DNA of 64,000 bases from Prevotella sp. (GTDB lineage: Bacteria > Bacteroidota > Bacteroidia > Bacteroidales > Bacteroidaceae). A model generated the notes under the pieces. It had not been told where the DNA came from. It made no database searches and was given only the letters and a program-made list of their open reading frames with translations. Numbering within the stretch: position 1 is the stretch's first letter; each line of letters begins with the position of its first letter. Location of the stretch: NCBI GenBank assembly GCA_017471465.1, contig JAFUTI010000017.1, positions 7,996-71,995 on the forward strand. The letters run 5' to 3'. Made by a program: the position numbers and the translations under genes. This document shows positions 20,018 through 29,325 of the stretch, one piece after another.

Positions 20018-21967
20018 ATGAAATTTATTACTAAATCATTGCTTACACTGGCACTCTTGCTTGGTGCTGTAGGTGTGGCAAACGCAGGAGAGAAGGTTTA
20101 TGCAACCTTTGAAAACCCGTCGAACACCAACACGACGTGGGATTCTGCTACAAAGACCTTCACTTGGTCTACAACTTATTACAATCAGCTCCGTAACATC
20201 GGTCTTCCGACGTCGGGTCTTGGCGCTTATACGAAGTTGGTGATTAAGTGTACTATTAACGCTGGTGACAAGTTCCGTATCCTTGTCTATAAAGGTAGTG
20301 ATAATCAGACTCTTTGGGTTGAACAATCGGGCGAAACGACGTTGGATCTCACAACAATTCCGACAGACTTCCTTGCCGCTGCTACCGAAATCTGTTTGTC
20401 TGGTAGTAATCAAGCAGCTCCAGGTGAGGTGGTTGTCGATTATGTCTATCTGGAAAAGGGTGACGATCCTCTTTTTGCCTTTAAGGATGCTCTTCAGAAG
20501 GCTATTAATGTCGGAAAGATACAGAGCCAGAATTTCAAGACAAACTTGAGCTGGAACGCCCTGCAGGATGCCATTGCGGCTGGTGAGGCCGTCTTGGCAA
20601 AGACCAATGTCACTGAGGAGGAACTGACAGCAGCAGCTGCTGCCGTGAACAATGCCATCAGCGGTCTGAAGCTGTTTGAGGGCTATACGCAGCTGACGGC
20701 TGCTGACTTCAAGCACTATGAAAGTCTTGCGGCTCCCGGTGAGGGAACGGTTGTCAACAACGCACCATGCGTCCTCAACCAGGCCTCCGACCTGCCCTAT
20801 GGCGATGGCAATGTAGGTGAGCTGAACTGGGCCGACTTGGCCGGTTACGACAAGCTGGTGGTTATCACCTCTGGCGACATCAAGCCCCGCTTCTGCATGA
20901 ACCGTCTGGAGGCAAACGGTCAGCAGGCTGAGACACAGGCTGACTCCAAGATGCTCGATATTAATCCTAATAATGCGTTCACTTGGTCAACGGAAAAGTA
21001 TCAGACGATTGACGGCAATATATTCTCTATTGACCTGAAGAAGATTGTTGCCGACTACGGCTTCGCCCGTCTGCACAGCATCAAGAAGCAGGGCTGGGGC
21101 GCTGGTGTTGTTGTCACCGACCTGCTGCTTTACAAGGCTCCTGAGGCTACCACCGACGATCCCGCTATCATGGTGAACAAGCTGTCGCTGCAGGCTGCTG
21201 TCGACAAGGCTGAGGCTATCGACTTGTCTACCAAGACCAGCGAAAGCGCCAAGAAGTTGAAGGATGCCGTCGTTGCCGCCAAGGACTTGCTGGCGATGAC
21301 CGCTCCGGGCATTGCCGAGATGGAGGCTGCCCGCCGCGCTATCCTGCAGGCCATCGACGAGCTGGTTGACACTGACATCCTGGCCGACGGTATCTACGAC
21401 CTGACTCAAGAGATGTTCGTGGAGTGGACTGGCATTGACGAGAGCGCTGAGCCCACGGAGAACGCCATCGGTTGCGCCTACGAGGTTGGAACCGGTGAGA
21501 AGGGTGCAGGTACGACGATGTACGGTAACCCCAGCGTTGTCTGGAAGACCTATGCTGACCTGTCGGCTTACGACCACCTGCTCATCGTCGGTACTCCCGG
21601 CCTGCAGCTGCGCGTCCTGTTCAACCGCTTGGAGGTTGGCAACGGCGGTGGCGACGGCAACGGCGGAGCCCTGACCGAGCTGAATCCCACCATCGGTGAG
21701 GACGGTCTGGTTGACATCGACCTGAAGGCTGAGAACCTGAATGGTGCTGCCCGTCTGAACGCCATCAAGCTGGGCTGGGGCAGTCCTGCTGGTCAGTTCA
21801 CGAAGCTGCAGGTTGTCAAGGGTGCTTACGATCCCGTGGCTGTCGGTCTGCAGGCTGTGAAGACCGGTACCGAGAACGGTGCTATCTTCAACCTCAGCGG
21901 TCAGCGTCTGGCTCAGCCCAAGAAGGGTCTGAACATCATCAACGGCAAGAAGGTCGTGATCAAGTGA
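20018..21967 (+). CDS. Secreted modular protein: repeated unnamed beta-sandwich-like modules, FIVAR-like helical linkers, T9SS-type tail
   Basis: Signal peptide; FIVAR-like SWNALQDAIAAGEAVL and LQAAVDKAEAIDLS..SAKKLKDAVVAAK; tail IFNLSGQRLAQPKKGLNIINGKKVVIK. No catalytic motif recognised. Confidence 0.7.
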   Translation: MKFITKSLLTLALLLGAVGVANAGEKVYATFENPSNTNTTWDSATKTFTWSTTYYNQLRNIGLPTSGLGAYTKLVIKCTINAGDKFRILVYKGSDNQTLWVEQSGETTLDLTTIPTDFLAAATEICLSGSNQAAPGEVVVDYVYLEKGDDPLFAFKDALQKAINVGKIQSQNFKTNLSWNALQDAIAAGEAVLAKTNVTEEELTAAAAAVNNAISGLKLFEGYTQLTAADFKHYESLAAPGEGTVVNNAPCVLNQASDLPYGDGNVGELNWADLAGYDKLVVITSGDIKPRFCMNRLEANGQQAETQADSKMLDINPNNAFTWSTEKYQTIDGNIFSIDLKKIVADYGFARLHSIKKQGWGAGVVVTDLLLYKAPEATTDDPAIMVNKLSLQAAVDKAEAIDLSTKTSESAKKLKDAVVAAKDLLAMTAPGIAEMEAARRAILQAIDELVDTDILADGIYDLTQEMFVEWTGIDESAEPTENAIGCAYEVGTGEKGAGTTMYGNPSVVWKTYADLSAYDHLLIVGTPGLQLRVLFNRLEVGNGGGDGNGGALTELNPTIGEDGLVDIDLKAENLNGAARLNAIKLGWGSPAGQFTKLQVVKGAYDPVAVGLQAVKTGTENGAIFNLSGQRLAQPKKGLNIINGKKVVIK

Positions 21968-22025
21968 GAGAAGAACTGAGCTTGCTCAGATTCTTCCGAA
22001 CGTGAACGACTTCGAACGAAGTTCA
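21968..22025. repeat. REP-like double-hairpin element
   Basis: gaagaa-ctgagc-tt-gctcag-a-ttcttc followed by acttcg-aa-cgaagt, directly after the stop codon and before a separate terminator. Confidence 0.5.
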
Positions 22026-22027
22026 AT

Positions 22028-22061
22028 GGGACTCGCCACACATACGGCGAGTCCCTTTTTT
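22028..22061 (+). terminator. Intrinsic terminator
   Basis: gggactcgcc-N8-ggcgagtccc followed by T6. Confidence 0.88.
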
Positions 22062-22130
22062 ATTCAGCGAGGGTCGCCGCACTATTCATAATTGTCGGAT
22101 TATGGCTTGTAAGCCGTGTTTTTTAGGCGG

Positions 22131-22196
22131 TAGAACAAAAAGAAAAGTCAATGAAACAAACGATAAAGCCCTTTTCGCCGCAGGTCTTTATCTTTG
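22131..22196 (+). promoter_or_regulatory. Operator plus -7 promoter
   Basis: TAGAACA-N14-TGAAACA (22131-22158), 30 nt spacer, TATCTTTG (22189-22196). Confidence 0.78.
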
Positions 22197-22249
22197 CACC
22201 CAGAATTTTCAACCTATTTATTTATATTATTCACTAAAAACATTAAAAC

Positions 22250-25200
22250 ATGAAGAAAACTTACCAATTTCTTGTTGTGCTGGCAGCCATGTTGCTGGGG
22301 GCAACGAATGTAAGTGCAGAGCGTATTCCGCTGACGGCGGATGGCTTCTTCACTCATGATGGTTGGGGTCTTAATGCCGTAAAGACGGGCGACTTCCAAG
22401 CCGAATATCACATCGGCGAGGTCAGTGGCTGTGCATTCGGCGACTCCGATTGCAGTGCTTATCTTGACCTTGGTGCTTATTCCAAGCTCTATGTCAACAT
22501 GGTTGGCTGTAATGATGCTGGCGACTTGGACGGTTCTACGCCGCGTATCTTCCTCAACAGTGATAAGAGCGATGGTAAGAACGATCATCTTATCGTTCCT
22601 GCCACTGCAGGTTATACGACACAGGAAGAGGATGGAACCTACGTTGTCGATTTGGAGAAGATCAAGAAGGAGTATGGCTTTGTCTATATCACGGCTATCA
22701 AGGGTTCTGCCTGGAATACAAAGGTTATTCTTAACAGCATCGAGGTTGAGAAGAATGAGGGCGCAAAGCAGGTTGGCTGGGTGAACATCCTTACCAATAG
22801 CGACTTCGAGAGCGATGATTACAGCTCGTTCGCTGTGGTTCTCAGTGGCGGAGAGGCCGACGACGATGACAAAGCGCATGAGCCTACTACTGTAGAAGAG
22901 GGTATGGGCCAGAATGGCTCTCGCGCCCTTGTGCTGACCACCAAGACTGGTGTGAAGGAAGACTGGTGTACGCAGCTCTTCATCAAATTCCCCGAACAGC
23001 TCACGGAAGGTACGAAGTGGCGTTTCGCTATGGATGTCAAGTCTGACTATGTGGCTACATTCGGTGGTGGCTGCCACGCTGACCCACGTGCATGGAAGAT
23101 GGGATCTATCATGCCAGAGTTCACTACCAGCACCGACTGGCAGACGCTGACCGCTGAGGGTACCATTAGTGCCGACTTCGAGAGCAATGGTGTTATGAGC
23201 ATTGCTTTCGACCTGAACCGCGACAAGGATGTCGTTAACAAATACTACTTCGACAACGTTCGCTTCGAGGTTTACAAGGTAGGTACTTCTGCATTTGTCG
23301 CTTCTTACGTGGCTCAGATTGACTTCGGCTTCGATACCAACCTGGCTGAACTGACCAAGGCTGCCGGCGCAAGCCGTGTTGTCTATCCCGCTGATTGTGC
23401 TACTGTCAAGGTGAATGGCAAGCCCATTGAGATTATCTCTATTGAAGGCTATTCTGACGGTCGCTTCTATATCTTCTTCCCTGATGAGATCAATCCTACT
23501 GACGACGTCCAGATTACCTTCAAGAATCCTGCTGGCGACCTCCAGCTGAAGTACACTTCTGGTCCAAATGCCGGTGAGGTTGTCGGTGCTGTCGACGAGA
23601 AGGCCCTCTACAATGAGTCTATCGCTGTTGAGGATGCTTATCCCTTCGTTGCTGTGCTTCCTACGGTTGTAAGTGCTTCTCCCGAGCAGGGCTCGTTCAA
23701 CGTTGCTCCTGGTCTGAAGGAGTTGACGGCTAAGTTCGACAAGAGAGCTGACGTCTCTCAGGCTGTTGCTACGCTCGATGGTCAGGCTCTGACGATTACT
23801 CCTGTTAATCCCGATGCAGAAGGCTTCGCTTCTGAGATTAAGATGACATACGCTGGTGCCGACCTGGCTAACGGCCGTCACACTGTGAACATCAAGAAGA
23901 TCTATGCTGAGGTGATGCTCGATGAGGAAGTCTTCACTGACACGACTTATACATTCTCTGTAGGTCCCGTTGACGTTACCGACCTGCCTTACGATCTTAT
24001 TCCTCTGAACTACTTCAACGATTGCGCTAATAATGGCATTCCCGAAGGCTTCTTGGTCTATGCCGATGGTATGGAGGAACGTACTTCTGGTAACACTTAT
24101 GGTTCAAATGCTCGCCTGTTCAGCGATTTTGCCGCAGGTGGTGACTTTACCCACGCACTCTATTTCCGTCGTAACTATGTTACCTACGGCAAAAATGACG
24201 ATACACACGTATTGGCACTGGAAGCAGGTAAAACCTATAATCTGTCGTTCAACACTGCACGTTGGAAGTCAAACGGTCAGTATCAGAAGGTTCAGATTCT
24301 GAATTCTAATGGTGATGTCAAGTTTGAGCAGGTTGTTACTTGTGATCCCGATGTCAATGGCCTCAAGGATGCTGTGAAGGGCTCTTCTGCATACTCATTC
24401 GACTTTGTTCCTGATGCTAACGACAACTACGAGCTTCGCTTTATCGCAATGAAAAATGCTACTGACGAAGCAGGTGACGCAGACATGTATGAAACTCTGT
24501 TGGCAAATGTCAAGCTGACCTATATCCCAGAGACTTTCGGTGCTATGGAGATGTACGAGGTTGACCTGGCTCTGGAGAAGGCTAAGAAGACACAGGCTGA
24601 CAACGCTGACGAGCGCTTCGCCGGTGAGGCTCAGACGGCTCTGAACAATAAGATTACTGAGGTTGAGGCTGGTAAGGCTACTTACACATCTCCTTCGGAG
24701 TGTGTCGCTGCTGTTGAGGCACTTGCCCAGTGTGGTGATAACCTGATTAACCACGCTACCCTCTGCAAGAACTACGACCAGAAGATCAAGGACGGTGCTG
24801 ACGTTGTCCGTCAGAACGAGAATCCCAGCAACACGGGCGTTCCCACGAAGTTCGTGAATCTGCCTCTGTTCAGTGAGATAAAGGCTGCTGTCGACAAGTA
24901 TCACGGCGTTTCTGAAATGGTGAACGAAGGTACTGAGGAAGAACCCAACTGGCAGAAGCACTACACCTATGACCAGCTGACTGACGATGCACAGCTGACG
25001 ACTGCTATCAACGAGCTGGCAGAGCTTGTTGAGAAGGGTCAGAAGATGTTTACCTCTGGTGAGTCTAAGATGTATATGTATGGTGTGGCTCCGCTCGTAG
25101 AGCGTCTGCGCCGTGGTGCTGAGGCTGTCAGGGTGCTTGATCCCGAGAATCCGATCATCGATGAGGCTCTGAATGCCTTCGAGGATGACGACGAACTGGC

Positions 25201-26008
25201 TGAGAAGGTAAAGAACAACCTGAAGGCTGCTCTCTACAAGAAGATCAATGCCGGCGAGAACCTGTTCCCCGAGGACGAGCAGACGGGTATGGCTCAGACC
25301 CACGACCTGAGCGTATTCGTGAAGAACCCGAACGTCTATGCACCTGCCTTCACAATGGCTATTCCTGGTTGGACTAACCTGAAGGGTAATGCTGAGGCTT
25401 GGAGCAGCTGGGGTCCGAATCCTACTCACAGCGCTAATACTGCTTATCCTGAGGACGTCGCCTTCCATCCTGGCTGGCACGCTGAGGCTACCACTGAGCA
25501 GACCATTACCGACCTGCCCGCAGGTATCTACAACATCGTGTTCAAGTGCCGTGACCACTCTGGTGACATCACTGAAGACGTCTTCTCTTATGTCTATGTG
25601 AAGATTTCTTCTACGCCTGATGTTGAAGAGGGGGCCGACATGGACAAGGATATCAATACCGCTGGTTGGCGTCAGGTTACACATCAAGACGGTTACGTTG
25701 ATGTCGAGATTCCGAATATCATCGTTGAAGACGGTATGCTGACTCTTGGCTGCACATGGAGCAACCTGTCGCAGGCATTCCTTGATGACGTTCACATCTA
25801 CCTCACTGGTAAAGCTGATGTTGACTACAGCGCTCTCTACGATGAAGTCGCTACTGGCGTTGATAAGGCCGCAGCTACCGCTAAGGTTCGCGCCATCGAG
25901 CTCTACGACCTGAACGGCCAGCGCATCCCCGTTGCCAAGAAGGGCATCGTCATCGTGAAGAAGCTCATGAGCGACGGCACGGTGAAGACCGAAAAGGTTG
26001 TCAGATAA
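22250..26008 (+). CDS. Large secreted multi-module protein with a CBM4/22-like domain, Ig-like domain, unnamed modules and T9SS-type tail
   Basis: Signal peptide; NILTNSDFES..WCTQLFI..FTTSTDWQT..YYFDNVRFE (CBM_4_9-like); PTVVSASPEQGS (Ig-like); tail IELYDLNGQRIPVAKKGIVIVKKLMSDGTVKTEKVVR. Confidence 0.7.
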   Translation: MKKTYQFLVVLAAMLLGATNVSAERIPLTADGFFTHDGWGLNAVKTGDFQAEYHIGEVSGCAFGDSDCSAYLDLGAYSKLYVNMVGCNDAGDLDGSTPRIFLNSDKSDGKNDHLIVPATAGYTTQEEDGTYVVDLEKIKKEYGFVYITAIKGSAWNTKVILNSIEVEKNEGAKQVGWVNILTNSDFESDDYSSFAVVLSGGEADDDDKAHEPTTVEEGMGQNGSRALVLTTKTGVKEDWCTQLFIKFPEQLTEGTKWRFAMDVKSDYVATFGGGCHADPRAWKMGSIMPEFTTSTDWQTLTAEGTISADFESNGVMSIAFDLNRDKDVVNKYYFDNVRFEVYKVGTSAFVASYVAQIDFGFDTNLAELTKAAGASRVVYPADCATVKVNGKPIEIISIEGYSDGRFYIFFPDEINPTDDVQITFKNPAGDLQLKYTSGPNAGEVVGAVDEKALYNESIAVEDAYPFVAVLPTVVSASPEQGSFNVAPGLKELTAKFDKRADVSQAVATLDGQALTITPVNPDAEGFASEIKMTYAGADLANGRHTVNIKKIYAEVMLDEEVFTDTTYTFSVGPVDVTDLPYDLIPLNYFNDCANNGIPEGFLVYADGMEERTSGNTYGSNARLFSDFAAGGDFTHALYFRRNYVTYGKNDDTHVLALEAGKTYNLSFNTARWKSNGQYQKVQILNSNGDVKFEQVVTCDPDVNGLKDAVKGSSAYSFDFVPDANDNYELRFIAMKNATDEAGDADMYETLLANVKLTYIPETFGAMEMYEVDLALEKAKKTQADNADERFAGEAQTALNNKITEVEAGKATYTSPSECVAAVEALAQCGDNLINHATLCKNYDQKIKDGADVVRQNENPSNTGVPTKFVNLPLFSEIKAAVDKYHGVSEMVNEGTEEEPNWQKHYTYDQLTDDAQLTTAINELAELVEKGQKMFTSGESKMYMYGVAPLVERLRRGAEAVRVLDPENPIIDEALNAFEDDDELAEKVKNNLKAALYKKINAGENLFPEDEQTGMAQTHDLSVFVKNPNVYAPAFTMAIPGWTNLKGNAEAWSSWGPNPTHSANTAYPEDVAFHPGWHAEATTEQTITDLPAGIYNIVFKCRDHSGDITEDVFSYVYVKISSTPDVEEGADMDKDINTAGWRQVTHQDGYVDVEIPNIIVEDGMLTLGCTWSNLSQAFLDDVHIYLTGKADVDYSALYDEVATGVDKAAATAKVRAIELYDLNGQRIPVAKKGIVIVKKLMSDGTVKTEKVVR

Positions 26009-26013
26009 TGAAT

Positions 26014-26079
26014 TGAGACAATCTCAAATGATTATGATACGAACGGCGGGCCTTGGCTCGCCGTTTTTTTGTATCTTTG
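26014..26079 (+). promoter_or_regulatory. Operator plus -7 promoter of the GH98-GH97-GH43 operon
   Basis: TGAGACA-N14-TGATACG (26014-26041), 30 nt spacer, TATCTTTG (26072-26079). Confidence 0.78.
26042..26070 (+). terminator. Intrinsic terminator occupying the promoter spacer
   Basis: aacggcgggcc-tt-ggctcgccgtt followed by a T run. Confidence 0.75.
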
Positions 26080-26109
26080 CACCGTCGAAACCAATAAAAC
26101 TATAAAAAT

Positions 26110-29100
26110 ATGAAGAAACTGTTTACCCTTATCTTGCTGGTCCTTATGACCACGCTGACGGTGATGGCGCAGGTGCGTCGTCCCATCGACTCGCAGCACC
26201 CGATGTGGCTCATCCATGTCGACGTGTGGAACTCTGCCGACCCGCAGAAGATTATCGACCTCATCCCCAACGACATCAAGCCCTACGTGGTGATGAATCT
26301 CTCGCTGTCGTGCGGCTATGATACGAAGACCAATATGTATCGTATGCCTCGTAATGCCGTGCGCACCTATAAGTCGTGGGGCACCGTCTGCCAGCAGAAC
26401 AATATGTTCTTCACCTGTCAGCCGGCCTCCGGCGGACATACCCACATCCAGGACAACGACCTGGAGACGTTTGAGTATTTCTTTAAGCACTTCCCCAACT
26501 TCCTTGGCTGGAACTACGCCGAGCAGTTCTGGGCCTTCGGCGATGCCGGCGACCTCAGCTCGATGACGAAGTCGAGCCGTTGGAATCTCTTTGCCAACCT
26601 CGTAGAGATGTCGCACAAGTACGGCGGTTTCCTCACCGTCAGCTGGTGTGGTGGCATCTATCACTTCGACACCGACCCCATTGCCGAGCTGAAGAGTGAG
26701 CCGAAGTTCCTGGAGGCTTGTAAGAAATATCCTGAGGCCATGCTCTTCCTCTATAAGTACACCCACTGCAGCTCGTTCTACAACAACGAGAGCGTCTGCT
26801 GGGGTCCCTTCATCTCAGGTCTGACGAAGAACTACGGTGTGCGCTACGACAACTGTGGCTGGAACGACATGACGACGAAGTACTACCTGTCGAAGCATCC
26901 GGAGATTACCGGTGAGAAGGCTTTCGACGAGGCAGGCAGGCTGAAGCCCTATAAGTACCCCGGTTCTGCCGGCATCGGTACGGTGATTGAGCAGACCTGC
27001 GTCAACGGCGGTGCCGTCTGGGACGGCCCGGAGCTCATCTGGACAGAGGACTTCAGGAATATGAACGATACCAACGTTGACGGCTACACCCGCCGCAACT
27101 GGACTACCTTCGACAATTTCAAGGGTATCTGGATTGACATGTGGCGTCAGATTATCAGCGGAAACATGTACATCCCCACCCGCGAGGAGGTTGTCGCCAA
27201 GACCAAGGCTGTCATCCTCCACGACAGCAATAGCGACTTCAAGGTGCCCGATGCCCTCTACGACGGACTGTACAAAGTGGACGACCCCGCCAATATGGGC
27301 GATGGCCGTTGGGAGAACAATCTGTGGTATCTCAAATCCACCGGCCGCTATGGTGCCGTTCCTATGGTGACGGGACTCTACGACGATATAGCCAGGGCTA
27401 TCCCCGTGCAGGTGAAGAAGTCGCAGTACGCCTCGCGCTGGGGCACGCTGTCGAAGAAGCAGAATGAGTTCAACCAGCTCTATCCCGAAGTGTCAAAGGG
27501 CGACCTCTATGTCAACCGCTATAGAAACCAGCTCGTAGCCTATACGCCGTACACCTATCTGAATAGCAAGAAGCGCGCTTCGGCAGAGATTCCCCTGCAG
27601 TATAACACCTGCGAGATGCTGAAGCTGGACTTAGGCAAGCTCTCGAGCGGCGTCATCCGTGAGTATGCCGACCACATCGACTTCTACCTGAACAACTACC
27701 GCAGCGACTCTACCACTATTACGACAGTGACCAATGACACCATCCTGCTGACAGGTGTGACAGCACGTCCCACCCTTACCCAGAAGAAACCTACGACAGG
27801 AGCTACAGGCCATAATATGACGGTTGTAGCCGGAACTACTGCCTACAACGAGGCAGCCCAGACCTATAAGATTGTGGTGAAGCACATTGGCCCTGTCAAT
27901 CTCTCCATCAAGTGCTCCGGTGCTGCCACCGGCCGTCTGACCGACGTGCTGCCTTCCGAGGCACTGCCTACTCCCCAGCAGCCTGAACCCTACGTCGGCC
28001 CCATCATCATCGAGGCCGAGAATATGGACCGCAAGTCGGCTAACTGTAATCTGACACACTCTGGCTGGTGGGCTCAGGATATGAAGGACTTTGCCGGCAT
28101 GGGTTATATCACCACTCAGGGTAATACCAACTGCGCCCTGCGCCACCAGCTGAAGCTGCAGACTGGTGCTGCCGGACGCTATAACATCCGTATGCGCTAT
28201 TGCAACGCGACGAAGGCCGGACAGATGACGTTCACCGTCAATGGCACCGTCCTCAAGGCCGACATCGTCAAGACGGCTAAGAACGACTGGCGCGAGACGG
28301 TGGTGACAGCCGACCTGAAGGACGGTTCGACCCCCAACGACATGGTTATCCAGAACACCAGTTCGTTTAGTGACATGATTATCGACCAGGTGATTTACGA
28401 GCCTGTAGGCACCGAGGCAGAGAAATATTTGGTGACGGTGAAGGACGCCGACTACGGTAAGGTGACCGCCGACGTCAGCGAGGCCGTTGCCGGCCAGACC
28501 GTGAAGCTGACTATTACCCCCGACGAGGGCTACGACATCAAGGAACTGCGCGTGGTGAACAGCGTCTTCTTCACCCAGGGACTGACCATCCCTGTCGCCA
28601 AGGGGCAGCGTCAGGTGTCGTTCACAATGATGGATGAGAACATGACCATCCAGCCCGTATTCTATGACACGCAGGCCATCTATGAACTCGACTTCACCAA
28701 CGTGAACAGTGGCGAACTGCCTGAGGGCTGGCGTACCACCGACGATGCAGGCAATGTACGCAACTATCCTACTTCGAACGGTAGCGGTCCCCGTACCTTC
28801 GCAGGACTGACGGGCTACCAGGGTAAGGCACTCTACTGGCGCGGTAACAATGCTGAATACGGTCGTCAGTCGGCTTATCTGCTCACCCTGGAACCGGGTA
28901 ACTATCAGTTGCAGTATGCTATGGCTGGCTGGAAGGCTACGCCGACCTATCAGGCCAAGATCCTCACTTCCAGTGGCTCTGTCCTCAAGGCGTCGACCAA
29001 CCAGACCGCGAAGCCCAATATCGATGGCAACTACGCTGGCGATGTCTCGTCGGCTACGCGTAACACCCTCGACTTCACCGTCACGACGAAGGGCAACTAC

Positions 29101-29325
29101 ATCATCCAGTTCAAGGAGGTAGGCAGCGGTATGATAGAGTATCTCCTTCTCGACTGCCGCATCAGAAAGGCGACCACTACCGGCATTGAGACCGTAGGCT
29201 CCGCCAGCCAGTCGGCTGCCGAAGGCATCTACAACCTCTCGGGTGTGAAGAGTCAGGAACTGCGTCGTGGCCTGAACATCATCCGCACTGCAGACGGAAG
29301 AACCATTAAGATTATAAAGAAATGA
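26110..29325 (+). CDS. GH98-like glycoside hydrolase (probable endo-xylanase on decorated arabinoxylan) with CBM35/6-like module and T9SS-type tail
   Basis: N-terminus RRPIDSQHPMWLIHVDVWNSADPQKIIDLIP and GWNYAEQFW resemble Bacteroidota GH98 proteins; IIIEAEN..RYCNA (CBM35/6-like); tail IYNLSGVK..GLNIIRTADGRTIKIIKK. Confidence 0.72.
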   Translation: MKKLFTLILLVLMTTLTVMAQVRRPIDSQHPMWLIHVDVWNSADPQKIIDLIPNDIKPYVVMNLSLSCGYDTKTNMYRMPRNAVRTYKSWGTVCQQNNMFFTCQPASGGHTHIQDNDLETFEYFFKHFPNFLGWNYAEQFWAFGDAGDLSSMTKSSRWNLFANLVEMSHKYGGFLTVSWCGGIYHFDTDPIAELKSEPKFLEACKKYPEAMLFLYKYTHCSSFYNNESVCWGPFISGLTKNYGVRYDNCGWNDMTTKYYLSKHPEITGEKAFDEAGRLKPYKYPGSAGIGTVIEQTCVNGGAVWDGPELIWTEDFRNMNDTNVDGYTRRNWTTFDNFKGIWIDMWRQIISGNMYIPTREEVVAKTKAVILHDSNSDFKVPDALYDGLYKVDDPANMGDGRWENNLWYLKSTGRYGAVPMVTGLYDDIARAIPVQVKKSQYASRWGTLSKKQNEFNQLYPEVSKGDLYVNRYRNQLVAYTPYTYLNSKKRASAEIPLQYNTCEMLKLDLGKLSSGVIREYADHIDFYLNNYRSDSTTITTVTNDTILLTGVTARPTLTQKKPTTGATGHNMTVVAGTTAYNEAAQTYKIVVKHIGPVNLSIKCSGAATGRLTDVLPSEALPTPQQPEPYVGPIIIEAENMDRKSANCNLTHSGWWAQDMKDFAGMGYITTQGNTNCALRHQLKLQTGAAGRYNIRMRYCNATKAGQMTFTVNGTVLKADIVKTAKNDWRETVVTADLKDGSTPNDMVIQNTSSFSDMIIDQVIYEPVGTEAEKYLVTVKDADYGKVTADVSEAVAGQTVKLTITPDEGYDIKELRVVNSVFFTQGLTIPVAKGQRQVSFTMMDENMTIQPVFYDTQAIYELDFTNVNSGELPEGWRTTDDAGNVRNYPTSNGSGPRTFAGLTGYQGKALYWRGNNAEYGRQSAYLLTLEPGNYQLQYAMAGWKATPTYQAKILTSSGSVLKASTNQTAKPNIDGNYAGDVSSATRNTLDFTVTTKGNYIIQFKEVGSGMIEYLLLDCRIRKATTTGIETVGSASQSAAEGIYNLSGVKSQELRRGLNIIRTADGRTIKIIKK

